A stretch of 64,000 nucleotides of DNA. Origin: Massalongia carnosa. Taxonomy: Eukaryota. Under the pieces are notes generated by a model. That model was given only the letters and a program-made list of their open reading frames with translations. It searched no databases and was not told the origin of the DNA. Numbering within the stretch: position 1 is the first letter of the stretch; every line of letters starts with the position of its first letter. The stretch lies in the NCBI GenBank assembly GCA_965645245.1, contig OZ287086.1, positions 1,178,001 to 1,242,000 on the forward strand, given 5' to 3'. This document shows positions 60,754-64,000 of the stretch, one piece after another. Position numbers and translations under genes: made by a program.

Positions 60754-63700
60754 TTATAGATCTGGAATCAGTCCAGTATAATCCCTTATATTCCTCATCT
60801 TGATGCTTTGTCCTCCGAAACACGCCACCTGAACGCCCGATTGTGAATGCATTAGACGATTTTTCAAACTTTCCATCTTTCGTATCGAGTCCAATCTTTC
60901 CGATATGTTCACCAATCCTATCAATCTTATGAAATATCCTTGAGAACTTTTCCTATACTTGTTGTCCGCGAAGGACGCGTCGCTAGCACATAGGAACCCT
61001 TGTATCCCTTCCTCTTGTTTCCCTTCATATTGAATCGCCAGGGTTTTGGTGGCGTATAGGTATTCTAGGACTCGCATCGCTGCTTGGTGATGTTCATCGG
61101 AAGGATTTATGGAGAATTGGGATAGTTTGGACAACGTGAATGCGATATCTGGTCTGGTGGTTATGGCTGCGAATAGGGCTGTTCCTATCCTTTGGTGATA
61201 TAAGTGAATGGACTGATGGGAAGCTTTGTTTTCTGAGACTGTATATTGAGTTGATATCATAGGAGTATCTGCTAGTTTCTTATCTAGTTGAATATCGAAT
61301 TTATTAGCCATCTTATCAATATAGGCCTCTTGGGATAGCCATAGAAGTCGTTTAGACCTATCTCTTATGACTCTGATTCCTAAGAACCATTCGATTCCCC
61401 CCAGTGATTTCATGGTGTATATTGAACATAAATGCTCGATGGCTTTCAAGGCCTGACCCTCGATCGATTTGTGGTAACAAAATACCGTGTCATCCACATA
61501 ATAGAATACTAGGATTCCGCGTCTCATCATTATACATGATTCTTGAGGTATGGCCCTAAATTCCATGGATTGAAATGTTTTTTGACAGATGCTTCTGCCA
61601 TAGATATGGTGACCGTCTCAGGCCGTAGAGTGCTTTTCTCAGTCTTAACACATATTTTTGTTTTAGACCACATCTCTGATTTAACCTCTTCCACCTTTGA
61701 GCTTTACTGTCCGGGACTATACCGATTCAAGGGCGATCAGTCCTTGTCGACTAGTTCTCCACAATGGTTTCTTACCTAGACTGGCCGCGTTTTCTCTTGG
61801 GTGTGAAGGCCTTCCTTTTACAGAAGTCATCATTTCACCAGGGGTCGCCGCTGTTTGGTCTTCTGATAGAGTCGTCCTCTTTTCAGTGCCCGCCCGCTCG
61901 ACGGCGAATGCGAATGCCTACCTGTGAATGGATAATATGGTGGAATACGTATGTATACCACCTCGTCCAGCGGACAGTTGACAAATGCATTTACTGCATC
62001 GAGTTGTCTAGTTTCTAGATCATACTTCGCAACTAACGCCATCATGGACCTGAATGCTGAGCTGGCCAAAGTGGTCGCTCGTGTTGGTAGTTCCCCAACC
62101 TCTTGTTGATTCCCACATACTACTAATCTAGCTTTGCATTTTACCAAATAGCCATCACTGTCTGTCTTGTAGGTGAAAACCCACATGCAGTCCAGCACTT
62201 GATGTCTTATGGTATGCTTGCTTTCGACTAGTTCAAACGTCTCCATCTTCTCATGCTCACCGAGATGTTCTCTGATGGCATCGATGAAGTGAGACTCGAA
62301 CATGTGACCCTCCAGGTCACGTATGGTTTTGGGAGGTGGGGGTAGATTCAACTAATGGAACTTACTGAACAACCGACCAGCGGCAAATGCCCCGAGTTCT
62401 GATGTTTGGATGCGTGGTGCTTCTTTATTGATATAGATATTATCGTCGAAGTCACATTGAGAGCAGCTTGCCTCATGTATATCTTCAATTTCTAACCGAG
62501 CATGAAGTGCCATGGCTAATTCGTCATCCTCATCTGGTGGTGGTGTTGGTAATCCACGTTCTTGTTCCTCTGCTTGGCGTAGATCCTCGATCAATTTGTC
62601 TGGTCTATCAAGCCTATCGACGTCAGGTATATCCTCTGCTTCATCATTATGATACTCCAGTATCTCCACATCTTCCTCTAAGATGCCTTCATTTATTGCT
62701 TCAGCCACTGGCAACTCGATCCTATTTATGATGGTCTCTCTCTCTACTTCAGACGTTCCTTCTTCGGGTAACTGTCCTTCGTAGAATCTGGACTCATCGA
62801 ATATCACGTCTCGTGTAGAGATGACACCATGTCTTTCTGGTATCCACACTCTAAAGATATTCGTCTATCGGGATCCTACCAGGTATCCTATATATGCACG
62901 GGGTTGGAGTTTCTGTCGTCTGTTCTTATGAAGTTGAGCGTCCTCAGTCATCGCATATGCTCTGCAGCCATAGGCCTTTAAATGGGCCAATTGAGGTTTG
63001 GTTTTGTAGAATGTTTCGAACGGTGATTTCCTGGACTGAGCCTCTCTAGGAGTCCTATTATGTAAATACGTTGACGCATCTATTATCTCCTTCCAGAGAT
63101 TTGATGGTAACTTAGCTCCTATTGACATCGCCCTCGCCTTCGTCACTATCACACCCCCTGAACGTTCCGCTACACCATTTTGTGCTGCAGTTCTAGGAGC
63201 GGAAGGTTCGAATTCTATCCCTACCGATGACAACCACTTGTTGGTACGCTTTCTATTCAACTCCAAATCTGACCGTATCCTTTCTATCAGTAGGTTCCGT
63301 TGCTTGCACCAAGCCATTAGGTCTTTGAGAATCTTGAGGGTTTCTGACTCCTCTCCGTGTGTTGACATGAAATAAGGTATGACTAATCCAGTATATTTGT
63401 CTGTGATAAACATTGTTCGTATAAAACCATCCATGGCCTTATCGAAATCCGTCCAATCTATGTGCAGTTCCTGGAATAGCTTCGTTACTTTTCTATTTCC
63501 TGGCCGACGTGATATTTGTCTATGCATCTTTGCCAGACTACACGCCTCACACTGAGTGGTCGATGGCCCTAATAGTGTAATACCTAATGAGTTCTCTCCT
63601 AGTTTGTGAAGGCTTATTGGTCCAGGATGTTCCATACGACAATGCCAGATGAAGGCATCTCCCTTTGAGGAGGATCTAGGTTTTCCTGAACGACGACGAG

Positions 63701-64000
63701 GTATTGGAGTTATTAGCAATGCGGCCATACTAGATGAATCTGACCTTTGGAATGCAGGAAGTTCGTCAACTTGATGAATCAGACAAATTGTCCTTCGTCC
63801 TTTATTAGTCTTCTTGTATAGAACATTCCTTTCCGTGTCCCAGTATTTATCTCTCTTTCTTAGTTGTTGAAACGACACTAGATTTACCACGAAGTCCACA
63901 CAATATGCCACGTTCGATAGTCTCATCACCCCCTCAGATTTATCTTCTCGGAGTATAGGTATTGTGACACTACCGTAACCAAGGATTGGAATCCTTGATG
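60754..64000 (-). pseudogene. pol: Copia pol (GAG-pre-integrase, integrase, RT, truncated RNase H), degenerate; runs off the window
   Basis: WHCRMEHPG, QNGVAERSG, KCKARLVVCG, QLDAVNAF, YVDD, SDASFAD; integrase-before-RT order. Confidence 0.93.

Overview
Fungal (filamentous ascomycete-type) transposon cluster, roughly 95% mobile-element derived, with deep nesting that can be resolved by target-site duplications (TSDs). Contents: three Gypsy/chromovirus elements (one intact, with apparently identical LTRs, a -1 frameshift signal and a Tf1-type self-priming site), two Copia remnants, about a dozen solo LTRs, a full-length Tad-like LINE, five pogo/Fot1 elements, five Tc1/IS630-type elements, two nested Mutator (MULE) elements (the inner one apparently intact), a MITE and a RecQ-like helicase pseudogene. 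The only intact host-type gene is an FAD-dependent monooxygenase (50612-51748). Highlights: (1) two copies of a ~600-bp non-coding SINE-like retroposon whose first 72 nt fold as a complete HDV/CPEB3-like self-cleaving ribozyme; (2) two Tc1/IS630-type elements that each pair the transposase with a convergent, mutually similar unknown gene; (3) a possible helicase-carrying (AcademH-like) transposon with a non-autonomous TAG-ended relative. All coordinates, alignments and folds were read by eye; no database searches were run.
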